A stretch of DNA of 63,531 bases, the filler included. It is 4 parts of 4 records of this genome, joined end to end, with 100 filler letters (N's around TTAATTAATTAA, not from the genome) between each part and the next. Parts side by side here need not be neighbours in the genome. Positions count along the whole stretch, not along the records: positions 15,259 to 45,183 come from DRR723986_830; positions 45,284 to 58,299 come from DRR723986_842; 2 more parts are not named here. One strand, given 5' to 3'. A program made the translations under genes and the position numbers. Shown one piece after another: positions 36,558-46,324 of the stretch. The notes beneath the pieces were generated by a model. It saw only the letters and a list, made by a program, of their open reading frames with translations, had not been told where the DNA came from and did not search any database. The stretch's first letter is position 1; every line of letters starts with the position of its first letter.

Positions 36558-36560
36558 GGC

Positions 36561-37496
36561 TCAGGCTCGCGGGTGGGTGGCACCGGGACCGCTGATGTAA
36601 CGGCCAACCAGCTCGCGGTACTCCCGCTGCAGGCGGCGCATCACCGGACGCTCATCGCCCTCACCAATTCGGCGCCCGTCAACCTCGGTAACCGGCACCA
36701 GACCGGCGAAGGTCCCGGTAACAAAGGCTTCTTCCGCATTATAGACATCGGTCAGGCTGAAATTGGTTTCCCGCGCGGTGAGGTCGAGGGCGGACGCCAT
36801 TTCCAGCACCTTGCCCCGGGTAATACCGTCGAGGCAGTAATCGCCGGTCGAGGTCCACAGCTCACCGCGGCGCACAATGAAGAAGTGGGTCGAGTTGCAG
36901 GTAGCGACGAAACCGTGCGGATCGAGCATCAGGGCCTCGTCGCAACCGGCCTTCGCCGCCTGGATGCAGGCGGTGATGCAGTTCAGCTTGGAATGGGTGT
37001 TGAGCGCAGGGTCCTGCACATCGGGATAGCCGCGGCGCACGTGCACGGTGAACAGGCGCACGCCGCGGGAGACGGTCTCCGGCAGCGCCTCCTTGTATTC
37101 AGGGATGATCACCACCGTCGGCGGAGTAACGGTCATGCGCGGGTCCTGGTAGGGCGTGGACTTCACCCCGCGACTGACCATCAGCCGGATATGCACCCCG
37201 TCGCGCATCCGGTTGGCTGCCAGCAGGCGGTAGAGGCGCGAGGTGAGGGTCCCGGCATCGAAATCTGGCTCGTAATCCAGGGTTTTCATGCCCTCGAACA
37301 AGCGTTCCAGGTGGCGCTCGAGAAACAGTACGGTGCCATCCTCGACCCGCAGGCCTTCCCAAACGCCATCGCCGAGCACAAAGCCCGAATCAAACACCGA
37401 CACCCTGGCTTCCTTACGCGGGTAGTGCCTGCCGTTAATGTCGATCAGGATCTGGTCATTACGCGGATCACCCGCGTGATCATGGGTACCTTGCAT
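36561..37496 (-). CDS. Aminotransferase class IV (BCAT/D-amino acid aminotransferase-like)
   Basis: SVFDSGFVLGDGVWEG.R, SKLNCI, DEALMLD, LDGITR and AEEAFVTGT. Confidence 0.9.
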   Translation of the reverse strand: MQGTHDHAGDPRNDQILIDINGRHYPRKEARVSVFDSGFVLGDGVWEGLRVEDGTVLFLERHLERLFEGMKTLDYEPDFDAGTLTSRLYRLLAANRMRDGVHIRLMVSRGVKSTPYQDPRMTVTPPTVVIIPEYKEALPETVSRGVRLFTVHVRRGYPDVQDPALNTHSKLNCITACIQAAKAGCDEALMLDPHGFVATCNSTHFFIVRRGELWTSTGDYCLDGITRGKVLEMASALDLTARETNFSLTDVYNAEEAFVTGTFAGLVPVTEVDGRRIGEGDERPVMRRLQREYRELVGRYISGPGATHPRA

Positions 37497-37599
37497 ACAG
37501 ACTCCACAAAGGAATGGCGCAGCAGCGCGCCGTGATAACGGCGCTCATTCTGCTACAGCTTCAACAATCCGTCACCCGAACGGGCAACGGCAGGGGTCG

Positions 37600-38442
37600 T
37601 CAGGTGATGCGAACAAAGGGGCGCAGTGCCGAACTGCGGCATATCGCCCAGCGCTCATGGGGTTCCACCAGGTGATTGCCGATCACTGCGAATACCAGGG
37701 GATTGAAGGGGAATCCCACGTGGCTGGCCATCACCGCCATATTGGTGACATAGCGGGGATCCGCCTCGCAGCGGGCGATGCCGCTGCCCACGATACCGTC
37801 GGATTCGCTGTACAGGGCCAGTACTGGCACCCGCAAGTCGCCGCCGCGATAGGTATGGGCGATCCAGCGCGCCAGCGCGGCCTCGTCGACATCCACTTCA
37901 TTGTTGTAGAGCCGGCCCATTACGCTGTACAGGGCCGTGCCCCGAGGGTCACCGTAGGGCGTGCCGAGGGTGATGACCTGGCGTACCCACTGCGGACAGC
38001 GATGGGCCAGAGCCACCGAGTACAGACCGCCAAGGCTCCAGCCGATCAGGGTCACCTTACGCCCGGACGCGATGTACTCCGCTTCCACCAGCGCCGCGAT
38101 CTCGTCCTCGACCTGCTCCCGAAACAGGAGAAAATCATCCAGGCTCTCGGGCTGCTTGCCGTAGGCGTTGCGTCCCATGCCCCAGGGCTTCGCGTTGTAA
38201 CCGAGGCGATTCAGGGCCTTGCGTAGCTGTGACGTAGAGCCGTCGGCCCCCATGAAGCCCGGGATGGTGATGATCGTGTGTCCGTCACCGGCGGGCAGCC
38301 TGCGCAGAATCGGACCCAGCAGGGCCGAGCCCCCCATCTCGAGGAATACCCGGCCGAACTCCGAAACGCTGTGACGCAGCTTTGGCGGGCGCAGATCCTG
38401 CCGGAAAGATGCAGCACTAGCTTCCATGGCGACTCCTCGCAT
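37600..38442 (-). CDS. Alpha/beta hydrolase (lipase/esterase-like)
   Basis: IPGFMG oxyanion region, GWSLGG nucleophile elbow, ITLGTP, YSESDGIV and SHVG. Start may be ATG 38427. Confidence 0.85.
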   Translation of the reverse strand: MRGVAMEASAASFRQDLRPPKLRHSVSEFGRVFLEMGGSALLGPILRRLPAGDGHTIITIPGFMGADGSTSQLRKALNRLGYNAKPWGMGRNAYGKQPESLDDFLLFREQVEDEIAALVEAEYIASGRKVTLIGWSLGGLYSVALAHRCPQWVRQVITLGTPYGDPRGTALYSVMGRLYNNEVDVDEAALARWIAHTYRGGDLRVPVLALYSESDGIVGSGIARCEADPRYVTNMAVMASHVGFPFNPLVFAVIGNHLVEPHERWAICRSSALRPFVRIT

Positions 38443-38545
38443 CAGGCTATAACCCCATTCTGGACATTAGTCGGACAGGTTTACAGGTCTACCACCCCCT
38501 GCCGGTTCAACAAGTCATGCTAAAATCGCGGGCTTTACGGCAACC

Positions 38546-39298
38546 GTGGTCAATACCGCCAGCAACATGAACGACCAACGCGACACCCTGTACGCCGACA
38601 GCCTGGCCGAACCCGGCCTGTTTGCCTTTGATGACCGGGTTGCCCGGGTTTTCCCGGACATGATCAAGCGCTCCGTGCCGGGCTACACCACCGTGGTGGC
38701 GATGACCGGCGTGATGGCCGCCCGCTACGCGCAGGCGGATAGTCGCCTGTACGACCTTGGCTGTTCCCTGGGCGCATCGACGCTGGCCATGCGCCAGCAG
38801 ACCCTGCCGCCGGGCTGCCGGATTATCGGCGTCGACAACTCAACCGCCATGCTGGCGCGCTGTCGTAGCATTATTGAAACGGATACGCATGAAACGCCGG
38901 TTGAGCTCACTTGCGCAGACCTGGCGGAGATCGTCGTGGAAGATGCCTCGGTCGTGGTGCTGAACTGGACCCTGCAGTTCGTGGCCCCGGAACGGCGCTC
39001 GGACGTGATTGCCGGCATTTACCGCGGCCTGCGCCCCGGTGGCATCCTGGTGCTGTCGGAGAAGGTCACCTTCGAGGACCCCCACCTCGATGCACTGAAT
39101 ATCGAACTTCACCACGAGTTCAAACGCGCCAACGGCTACAGCGACCTCGAGATCGCCAACAAGCGCAGCGCCCTGGAAAACGTACTGGTACCGGAAACCC
39201 TGGCGGACCACCGCCGGCGCATGGCCGCAGCCGGCTTTGGCAGTTGCGATGTCTGGTTCCAGTGCTTCAACTTCGCCTCACTCGTCGCCCTGAAATGA
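38546..39298 (+). CDS. cmoA: Carboxy-S-adenosyl-L-methionine synthase
   Basis: FAFDDRVARVFPDMIKRSVPGY, YDLGCSLGA, FKRANGYSDLEI..KRSALENV and WFQCFNF. Start may be ATG 38567. Confidence 0.95.
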   Translation: MVNTASNMNDQRDTLYADSLAEPGLFAFDDRVARVFPDMIKRSVPGYTTVVAMTGVMAARYAQADSRLYDLGCSLGASTLAMRQQTLPPGCRIIGVDNSTAMLARCRSIIETDTHETPVELTCADLAEIVVEDASVVVLNWTLQFVAPERRSDVIAGIYRGLRPGGILVLSEKVTFEDPHLDALNIELHHEFKRANGYSDLEIANKRSALENVLVPETLADHRRRMAAAGFGSCDVWFQCFNFASLVALK

Positions 39299-40269
39299 TC
39301 GACTACCAGGCGCTGATCCAGAGCTGGCGGGACGGCGAACTCGCCGCCTGGGCTGAGGCCTTGCCGGGGCAGATATCCCGCGGCCTGTCGCCCGAGCGCT
39401 ACGGCGATATTGGCCGCTGGCTGGCCGCCCTGGACGCCCTGCCCGAGCTGCAGGCCGACAGCATCCAGCTCGACGGCGCCCGGGTAGGCTGCAGCACCCG
39501 ACAGCCGCTGACCCCGGAGATCGCGGCCCGGTTGCGGGAGGGGCTGATGGGCCTGCACCCGTGGCGCAAGGGACCGTTCGAGCTGTTCGGACTGCACATC
39601 GATACGGAATGGCGTTCAGACTGGAAATGGGACCGGCTGGCCGCCCAGATCGACCCCCTGGCCGGGCGCCGTGTGCTCGATGTCGGCTGCGGCAGCGGCT
39701 ACCACTGCTGGCGTATGCGGGGCGCCGGTGCCCGGGAAGTCATCGGTATCGATCCGACACCGCTGTTCGTCATCCAGTTCTGGGCCCTGCAGCGCTACCT
39801 GCAACAGCCGGATATCTGGGTACTGCCGCTGGGCATCCAGCACGTGCCGGCGAAACTGCAGGCTTTCGATACCGTCTTCTCGATGGGGGTGCTGTACCAC
39901 CGCCGCTCCCCCTTCGATCACCTGCTGGAATTACGCGACTGCCTGCGCTCCGGCGGGCAACTGGTGCTGGACACCCTGGTGGTCGAGGGCGGCCCCGGAA
40001 CCACGCTGGTGCCCAGGGACCGCTATGCTCGCATGGGGAATGTCTGGTTCCTGCCCAGCGTCGACACCCTGCTGGGCTGGCTGGAAAAGGTCGGTTACCG
40101 GGACCCGAGGCTGATCGACGTCAGCGTGACCAGCACCGACGAGCAGCGCAGCACCGAGTGGATGACCTTCCACTCCCTCAGTGACTTTCTCGACCCGTCT
40201 GATCCGGGCAAAACCCTCGAAGGCTACCCGGCGCCGATGCGGGCCGTGGTCACCGCGCAGGCTCCCTGA
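39295..40269 (+). CDS. cmoB: tRNA U34 carboxymethyltransferase
   Basis: PWRKGPF, IDTEWRSDWKW, VLDVGCGSGYH, FSMGVLYHRRSP and EQRSTEWM; ATGA overlap with cmoA. Confidence 0.95.
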   Translation: MIDYQALIQSWRDGELAAWAEALPGQISRGLSPERYGDIGRWLAALDALPELQADSIQLDGARVGCSTRQPLTPEIAARLREGLMGLHPWRKGPFELFGLHIDTEWRSDWKWDRLAAQIDPLAGRRVLDVGCGSGYHCWRMRGAGAREVIGIDPTPLFVIQFWALQRYLQQPDIWVLPLGIQHVPAKLQAFDTVFSMGVLYHRRSPFDHLLELRDCLRSGGQLVLDTLVVEGGPGTTLVPRDRYARMGNVWFLPSVDTLLGWLEKVGYRDPRLIDVSVTSTDEQRSTEWMTFHSLSDFLDPSDPGKTLEGYPAPMRAVVTAQAP

Positions 40270-40290
40270 CCGGCCCCGCCCAGGCGCTGC

Positions 40291-42714
40291 TCAGTGCAGC
40301 GACTTCTCCAGACGGTGTTCCTGGAACACGTACTCAAACACTTCGCGGAAGTTGCGGGCGAAGTGCACATTGATGCCCTCGCGCAGGTAGTCCGGCAGCT
40401 CTTCGAAATCCCGCCGGTTGGCGTAGGGCAGGATCAACTCCATGATCTTGCTGCGCCGCGCGGCAATCACTTTCTCCCGGATTCCGCCCACTGGCAGCAC
40501 CTGCCCGGTCAGGGTCAGCTCGCCGGTCATGGCCAGCGGTCGCTTGATCCGTTCCCGGCGCGCCAGGGAGACCAGCGCTGTGGCCATGGTAATGCCGGCG
40601 CTGGGGCCATCCTTGGGCGTCGCCCCCTCGGGCACGTGCATGTGCACCATGCTCATGTCGAAGAAGTCCTGGTCGCAGCCGTAGTCCTTCAGGTGGGCGA
40701 TCACGTAGCTGTAGGCAATCTCAGCGGATTCGCGCATCACGTCCCCCAGGCGACCAGTGAGTTTGAAGCCCCGGTTGAGGGTATGCACCTGGGATGACTC
40801 GATCGCCAGGGTAGCACCGCCCATCGCAGTCCAGGCCAGGCCGGTCGCCACCCCGATACCGCGTACCGGCTTGTCGGGCTGGAACGGGGGTTTGCCCAGC
40901 AGGTCTTCAATATCTTTCTTGCCAACCCGCAACTTCTCCTCGTCACCCTCCAGCAGGGTCACGATGGACTTGCGCATAATCCGCGCCAGCTGCTGGTCCA
41001 GGGTACGCACCCCGGCTTCGCGGCAGTAGGAGTCGATCACGTACTTGAGGCCGGCATCGTTGATCCTGAGCTGTTCATCCTCCAGGCCGTGGCGCTCGAG
41101 CTGCTTGGGCCACAGGTGCTTGCGGGCGATGGACAGCTTTTCCTCCGCCACATATCCCGCCAGGCGCAGCACTTCCATGCGGTCCAGCAGCGGACCGGGA
41201 ATCGTGTCCAGCTGGTTGGCGGTGCAGATAAACAGCACCTTGGACAGGTCGACCCGGAGGTCAAGATAGTGGTCGAGGAAATCACTGTTCTGCTCCGGGT
41301 CCAGCACCTCGAGCAGTGCCGAAGCCGGGTCGCCGCGAAACGAGGCGCCAATCTTGTCGATCTCGTCGAGCATGATGACCGGGTTGGATACTTTCACCTC
41401 TTTCAGGGCCTGCACGAACTTACCGGGCATGGCGCCGATGTAGGTGCGCCGGTGACCCTTGATCTCTGCCTCGTCGCGCATACCACCCAGGCTGAAGCGG
41501 TAGAATTCACGGCCCAGGGCATCGGCCACCGAGCGTCCGATGCTGGTTTTACCGACACCGGGCGGACCCACCAGCAGCAGGATGGAGCCGGAGATCTCGC
41601 CCTTGAACGCGCCCACCGCGAGAAACTCCAGGATCCGCTTCTTCACGTCCTCCAGGCCTTCGTGGTGTTCGTTCAGCACCTTGCGGGCATGACCCAGCTC
41701 GAGCTTGTCGGTCGAGTGCACGCCCCAGGGAACCGATGTCGCCCAGTCCAGGTAGTTGCGGGTTACGCCGTACTCCGGCGAACCGGTTTCCAGCACCGAC
41801 AGTTTCCTGAGCTCGTCATTGATACGCGCAGCCACTGCCTCGGGCAGGTCGAGCCCGGCGATGCGCTGCTCAAACATCTCCACATCGGTGGTGCGATCAT
41901 CCTTGGAGATACCCAGTTCCTTCTGGATGATCTTCATCTGCTCCTTGAGAAAGAACTCGCGCTGCTGATCCGACACCTTCTCATTGACCTGACTGGTGAT
42001 CTGGCCCTGCAGCTCCGCGACCTCCCGTTCCTTGCGCAGCAGCTGCAGCACTTTTTCGATGCGCGAGCGCAGTGGCAGGGTATCGAGGATCTCCTGTAAC
42101 TGGTCACCACTGGCCGTGGTCAGGGCGGCGGAAAAATCCGCCAGCAGGCTGGGCTGGTTGGGGTTGAAGTTGGCCAGGTACTGCTTGAGCTCCTCGCTGT
42201 ACAGCGGGTTGAGCGGCAGCAGTTCCTTGATCTCCTTGATCAGGGCCATCACATAGGCCTTGATCTCGTCGCTGTTGCGGTCTCCCTGGCTGCGCGGGTA
42301 TTCCACCTGCACCATGTAGGGCGGCTTGTCGTTCAGCCAGCGCACTATGCGGAACCGGCGCAGGCCCTGGGCGAGGAATTGCCCGGGGTTGTCGCCGGTC
42401 ATCGGTGTGCGGTGCAGGCGCACCACGCAGCCAATGTCCGGGAACTGGCGCGGGTCAACGCTCGCCGGGTCCTTGTGATCGACATAACACAAACCCAGCA
42501 GGCCATGACCGGCCTCCCTGACTGCCGCCAAGGTGCTATCCCACTGCTCCGGGTTGATCGCCACCGGCTGCACCTGCCCGGGGAAGAAGGGCCGATTGGG
42601 TACCGGCATCAGGCACAGGGTATCGGGTAACACATCGTCCGCCACGGCCGGCGTCCGGGGGCCTCCTTCCGGCGCGACGAGCTCCGGCTCGGGCGCTGGC
42701 TTCTGCTCGCTCAT
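40291..42714 (-). CDS. lon: ATP-dependent protease La (Lon)
   Basis: LON N-domain, GPPGVGKTS, DEAEIKGHRRTYIGAMPG, catalytic PKDGPSAG and GGIREK; ATG at 42714. Confidence 0.95.
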   Translation of the reverse strand: MSEQKPAPEPELVAPEGGPRTPAVADDVLPDTLCLMPVPNRPFFPGQVQPVAINPEQWDSTLAAVREAGHGLLGLCYVDHKDPASVDPRQFPDIGCVVRLHRTPMTGDNPGQFLAQGLRRFRIVRWLNDKPPYMVQVEYPRSQGDRNSDEIKAYVMALIKEIKELLPLNPLYSEELKQYLANFNPNQPSLLADFSAALTTASGDQLQEILDTLPLRSRIEKVLQLLRKEREVAELQGQITSQVNEKVSDQQREFFLKEQMKIIQKELGISKDDRTTDVEMFEQRIAGLDLPEAVAARINDELRKLSVLETGSPEYGVTRNYLDWATSVPWGVHSTDKLELGHARKVLNEHHEGLEDVKKRILEFLAVGAFKGEISGSILLLVGPPGVGKTSIGRSVADALGREFYRFSLGGMRDEAEIKGHRRTYIGAMPGKFVQALKEVKVSNPVIMLDEIDKIGASFRGDPASALLEVLDPEQNSDFLDHYLDLRVDLSKVLFICTANQLDTIPGPLLDRMEVLRLAGYVAEEKLSIARKHLWPKQLERHGLEDEQLRINDAGLKYVIDSYCREAGVRTLDQQLARIMRKSIVTLLEGDEEKLRVGKKDIEDLLGKPPFQPDKPVRGIGVATGLAWTAMGGATLAIESSQVHTLNRGFKLTGRLGDVMRESAEIAYSYVIAHLKDYGCDQDFFDMSMVHMHVPEGATPKDGPSAGITMATALVSLARRERIKRPLAMTGELTLTGQVLPVGGIREKVIAARRSKIMELILPYANRRDFEELPDYLREGINVHFARNFREVFEYVFQEHRLEKSLH

Positions 42715-42863
42715 GTCTGGTCCTTTAACTTCGCGTATTCCAGCGATATGGGGCCGGCTTGGACCTGTTTCAAGCATCGCTGTAGGTGCTGCGGCCAGCT
42801 TGCCGGTATACTTCGGAGCGCCACGGGATAACCGCAAACCACAACACACCAACAGGGCAGACT

Positions 42864-44141
42864 GTGAACATAGAGACCGCGAACAAGGCCGAACTGGAAG
42901 CCAGTCTGGCTGCGCTGGAAGCCGCCTACGGGGACCTCTGCGCCAAGGGCCTGTCCCTGGACCTGACCCGCGGCAAGCCGGGCCCGGAACAGGTCGAGCT
43001 GTCGGCCGAACTGGACGGGATCCTGGAGAACTTTTACTTCAGCCAGGACGGCACCGATGTGCGCAACTACGGCGGCCTCGACGGCCTGCCCGAGGCCAAG
43101 GCCCTGTTCGGCGGGCTGTTTGACCTGGCCCCCGAGGAGACGTTGATTGGCGGCAACAGCAGCCTGTCATTGATGTACACGGCCCTGGATTTCGCCTACA
43201 GCGGCGGTCTCTGCGGGCCGGGCTCGGCCTGGGGCCTGGAGGACCCGGTGAAGTTCCTGTGCCCGTCGCCCGGCTATGACCGGCACTTTGCCGTGTGCGA
43301 ACACCTGGGCATCGAAATGATCCCGGTCGCCATGGGCGACAGCGGCCCCGATATGGCCCAGGTCGAGGCGCTGGTGGCGCAGGATCCGGCCATCAAGGGT
43401 ATCTGGTGCGTGCCCCGGTTCTCTAACCCCACCGGCTGTGTCTACGACGATGCCACCGTGGACGCCCTCGCCCGGCTGCCGCTGAGCGCGGGTCGCCACT
43501 TCGTGGTGATGTGGGATAACGCCTACGCGGTTCACGCCCTGACCGACGATGCCCCGGCACTGGCGAGTATCAGCGAAGCCTGCCGGCGGCATGACACCAT
43601 GGACCAGGTGCTGCAGTTCGGCTCTACATCGAAGATTACCTTCGCCGGGGCCGGCGTCGCCTTCATGGGCGGCAGTGCCGGCAATATGGCCGCCCTCAAG
43701 GCCCACCTCGGCTTCCAGACCATTGGCCCGGACAAGGTCAACCAGCTGCGCCATGTGCGCTTCCTGCAGAACCGGGAGACCCTGGACGCGCATATGGCGC
43801 GCCACGCACAGATCATTCGCCCGCGCTTCGACTGTGTGCTGGAGGTCCTTGAGCGCGAACTGGCCGGGACCGGCATGGGGCAGTGGACCCGGCCGCAGGG
43901 GGGCTATTTCATTTCCTTCGACACCCAACCCGGACTGGCACGGGAGGTAGTCACCCTGGCCGCCAGGGCCGGCGTGCGGCTGACCCCGGCTGGCGCCACC
44001 TTTCCCTACGGCAATGACCCGCAGGACAGCAATATCCGCCTGGCGCCGACCTATCCGGCGCTGGACGATGTTGTGGTGAGTGCGGAGGCGTTTGCCCTCT
44101 GTGTGAAGCTGGCCTCGGTCCGCCAGGCGCTGGCGGCCTGA
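42864..44141 (+). CDS. PLP-dependent aminotransferase class I/II, actinobacterial AspAT-like
   Basis: LDLTRGKP, RNYGGLDGLPE, CPSPGYDRHF, WDNAY..H, STSKITFAG and GATFPYGNDP.DSNIRLAP. Confidence 0.85.
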   Translation: MNIETANKAELEASLAALEAAYGDLCAKGLSLDLTRGKPGPEQVELSAELDGILENFYFSQDGTDVRNYGGLDGLPEAKALFGGLFDLAPEETLIGGNSSLSLMYTALDFAYSGGLCGPGSAWGLEDPVKFLCPSPGYDRHFAVCEHLGIEMIPVAMGDSGPDMAQVEALVAQDPAIKGIWCVPRFSNPTGCVYDDATVDALARLPLSAGRHFVVMWDNAYAVHALTDDAPALASISEACRRHDTMDQVLQFGSTSKITFAGAGVAFMGGSAGNMAALKAHLGFQTIGPDKVNQLRHVRFLQNRETLDAHMARHAQIIRPRFDCVLEVLERELAGTGMGQWTRPQGGYFISFDTQPGLAREVVTLAARAGVRLTPAGATFPYGNDPQDSNIRLAPTYPALDDVVVSAEAFALCVKLASVRQALAA

Positions 44142-44159
44142 ACCGGGGCGGCGGAGCGC

Positions 44160-44507
44160 TTACTCTTCGGTGCCCTGCTGGCCCGGCTGTGGCGCTCCGG
44201 GGAAGGGGAAAGCGGCGATATTGCCCACCCCGGGCTTGCTGTCGGACACCTTGGCGGCGCCCTCCTTCTCGACTTCATCGATACGGATGATCGCCTGCAG
44301 GGGGATGTAGGAGCGCTTGACCCCGTTGAACTCGAGTTTGAGCTTCTCTTCACCCGGATCAACCACGATCTGGGAGCGCTCGCCGAACAGGAACTCCTCG
44401 ATTTCGATGAAGCCCCACATGTCGCTCTGGTAGATCTGGCGCGCGAAGACCTCGAACACCTGATTGCCGTTCTGGAAAATCACCTTGTAGACGGGATATG
44501 TGGCCAT
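44160..44507 (-). CDS. DUF1820 family protein
   Basis: YKVIFQN...[44 protein letters not shown]. Confidence 0.85.
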   Translation of the reverse strand: MATYPVYKVIFQNGNQVFEVFARQIYQSDMWGFIEIEEFLFGERSQIVVDPGEEKLKLEFNGVKRSYIPLQAIIRIDEVEKEGAAKVSDSKPGVGNIAAFPFPGAPQPGQQGTEE

Positions 44508-44706
44508 TGTTTCCTCGGGTTCGGGCGCGGCGGACGCCGGCGCGGGCACCCCGTCAGCCGGGGGCGGCAATATTACCAGCCTACACGCGAAATGCCAGTC
44601 CGTGAACTGCTGCCGGGCTGTGTTTCAGGCGCCGGAATCTGTATACTCCGACGCCCTTTTTACCTGTCCGAGAGCAAAAGCGCCAGCGGCGCGAACAGAG
44701 CGACCA

Positions 44707-45183
44707 GTGACCCGGAAACTGTACATCAAAACCCACGGCTGCCAGATGAACGAGTACGACTCGTCGCGCATGCGTGATCTGCTTCAGGAGAGCCACGGGC
44801 TGGTGCCCACGGACAACCCCGAGGAAGCCGACGTACTGCTGCTCAACACCTGCTCAATCCGGGAAAAAGCGCAGGAAAAAGTATTCCACCAGCTCGGCCG
44901 CTGGAAGCACCTCAAGCAGAAAAATCCGAAGCTGGTGATCGGTGTCGGCGGCTGCGTCGCCAGTCAGGAAGGCGCGGAAATCGGGCGCCGGGCGCCCTAT
45001 GTGGACCTCGTGTTCGGCCCGCAGACCCTGCACCGGCTACCGGAGATGATGGAACAGCGCGGCCCCGGCGGGGCCATCGTGGTGGACATCAGCTTCCCTG
45101 AGATCGAGAAATTTGATCGCCTGCCCGAGCCCCGGGTGGACGGCCCGACCGCCTTTGTCTCCATCATGGAAGGCTGCAGCAAA
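44707..45183 (+). CDS. miaB: tRNA ms2i6A37 methylthiotransferase, 3'-truncated
   Basis: [49 protein letters not shown] and SIMEGCSK. Confidence 0.95.
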
Positions 45184-45283
45184 NNNNNNNNNNNNNNNNN
45201 NNNNNNNNNNNNNNNNNNNNNNNNNNNTTAATTAATTAANNNNNNNNNNNNNNNNNNNNNNNNNNNNNNNNNNNNNNNNNNNN
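45184..45283. other. Artificial contig spacer
   Basis: N-run, TTAATTAATTAA, N-run. Confidence 0.98.
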
Positions 45284-45322
45284 CGGCAAGCTCTGGTCGC
45301 CGATCGCGTGAGGGAGGGATTG

Positions 45323-46324
45323 ATGGAACCGGGAACCTTGAGCACTTTTCTGAAACGCGGCGCGATCTGGGGCTTCATTCTCGTCGAGCTGGTCTTCTTC
45401 TCGGTCGCGGGCGAATTCCTGTCGCTCAGTGACAAGGCCTTCATGGACGTGGACAACATGCTGCTTTTGTTCAAGCAGTCAGCCCCCATCGGGATCATCG
45501 CCATCGGCATGACGATCATCATGATCAATGGCAATATCGACCTCAGCGTCGGAGCGACCTTTGCCCTGAGCGCCGTCGTCCTGCTCGACAGCATGACCTG
45601 GCCGGTTTTCGCCGGCCTCGGCGACGGCGTCATTCCCATTGCCTGGGGACTGGCATTGCTGACAGGGATCGTTCTGGGCGCTCTGAACGGGTTGATCGTC
45701 TGGAAGACCGGTGTCGATGCCTTCATCGTCACGCTCGGTTCCATGCTCGGCTATCGCGGCCTTGTGTTCATGTACAATGGCGAACAGCCCACATCTCATC
45801 TCAACTGGACGCTGGTTGATTTCGCCGAAGCCCATTTCCTGGGACTGCACACCGCCACCTGGTTCCTGATCGTCGTGACCGCCGTGATCTGGTTCGTGAT
45901 GAACCGCACGATCCACGGGCGCAACGCCTATGCCATCGGCGACAACCGGTCTGCGGCCATCAATGCGGGTATCCGCGTCGGGCCGCACATGATGATCAAC
46001 TTCATGATCATCGGCTTTCTCGCGTCCATGTCTGCCGTGGTGTTCTATTCGGAATCCGGCTCGGTCAATCCCAACGACGGCGAACTCTATGAGCTGTGGG
46101 TCATCACCGCCGTGGTTCTGGGCGGCACCAAGCTTACCGGAGGTGCGGGATCCGTGCTTTCGACGCTCGGCGGCGTTCTGGCCATCCAGCTTCTGCGAAA
46201 AGGACTTGGACACATCGGCGCCGACACGGAAACAGTCAATCTGGTAATCGGCCTGATCCTGATTGCCGTCCTGTTCCTCGACCGCCAATTGAATCTGAAA
46301 GGCAAACAGGAGCTGAGAATATGA
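45323..46324 (+). CDS. Monosaccharide ABC transporter permease (RbsC-like)
   Basis: GNIDLSVG, AFIVTLG, GRNAYAIGDN..AA..AGI and ITAVVLGGTKLTGG.G; preceded by the tail of another ORF ending at 45311. Confidence 0.9.
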   Translation: MEPGTLSTFLKRGAIWGFILVELVFFSVAGEFLSLSDKAFMDVDNMLLLFKQSAPIGIIAIGMTIIMINGNIDLSVGATFALSAVVLLDSMTWPVFAGLGDGVIPIAWGLALLTGIVLGALNGLIVWKTGVDAFIVTLGSMLGYRGLVFMYNGEQPTSHLNWTLVDFAEAHFLGLHTATWFLIVVTAVIWFVMNRTIHGRNAYAIGDNRSAAINAGIRVGPHMMINFMIIGFLASMSAVVFYSESGSVNPNDGELYELWVITAVVLGGTKLTGGAGSVLSTLGGVLAIQLLRKGLGHIGADTETVNLVIGLILIAVLFLDRQLNLKGKQELRI

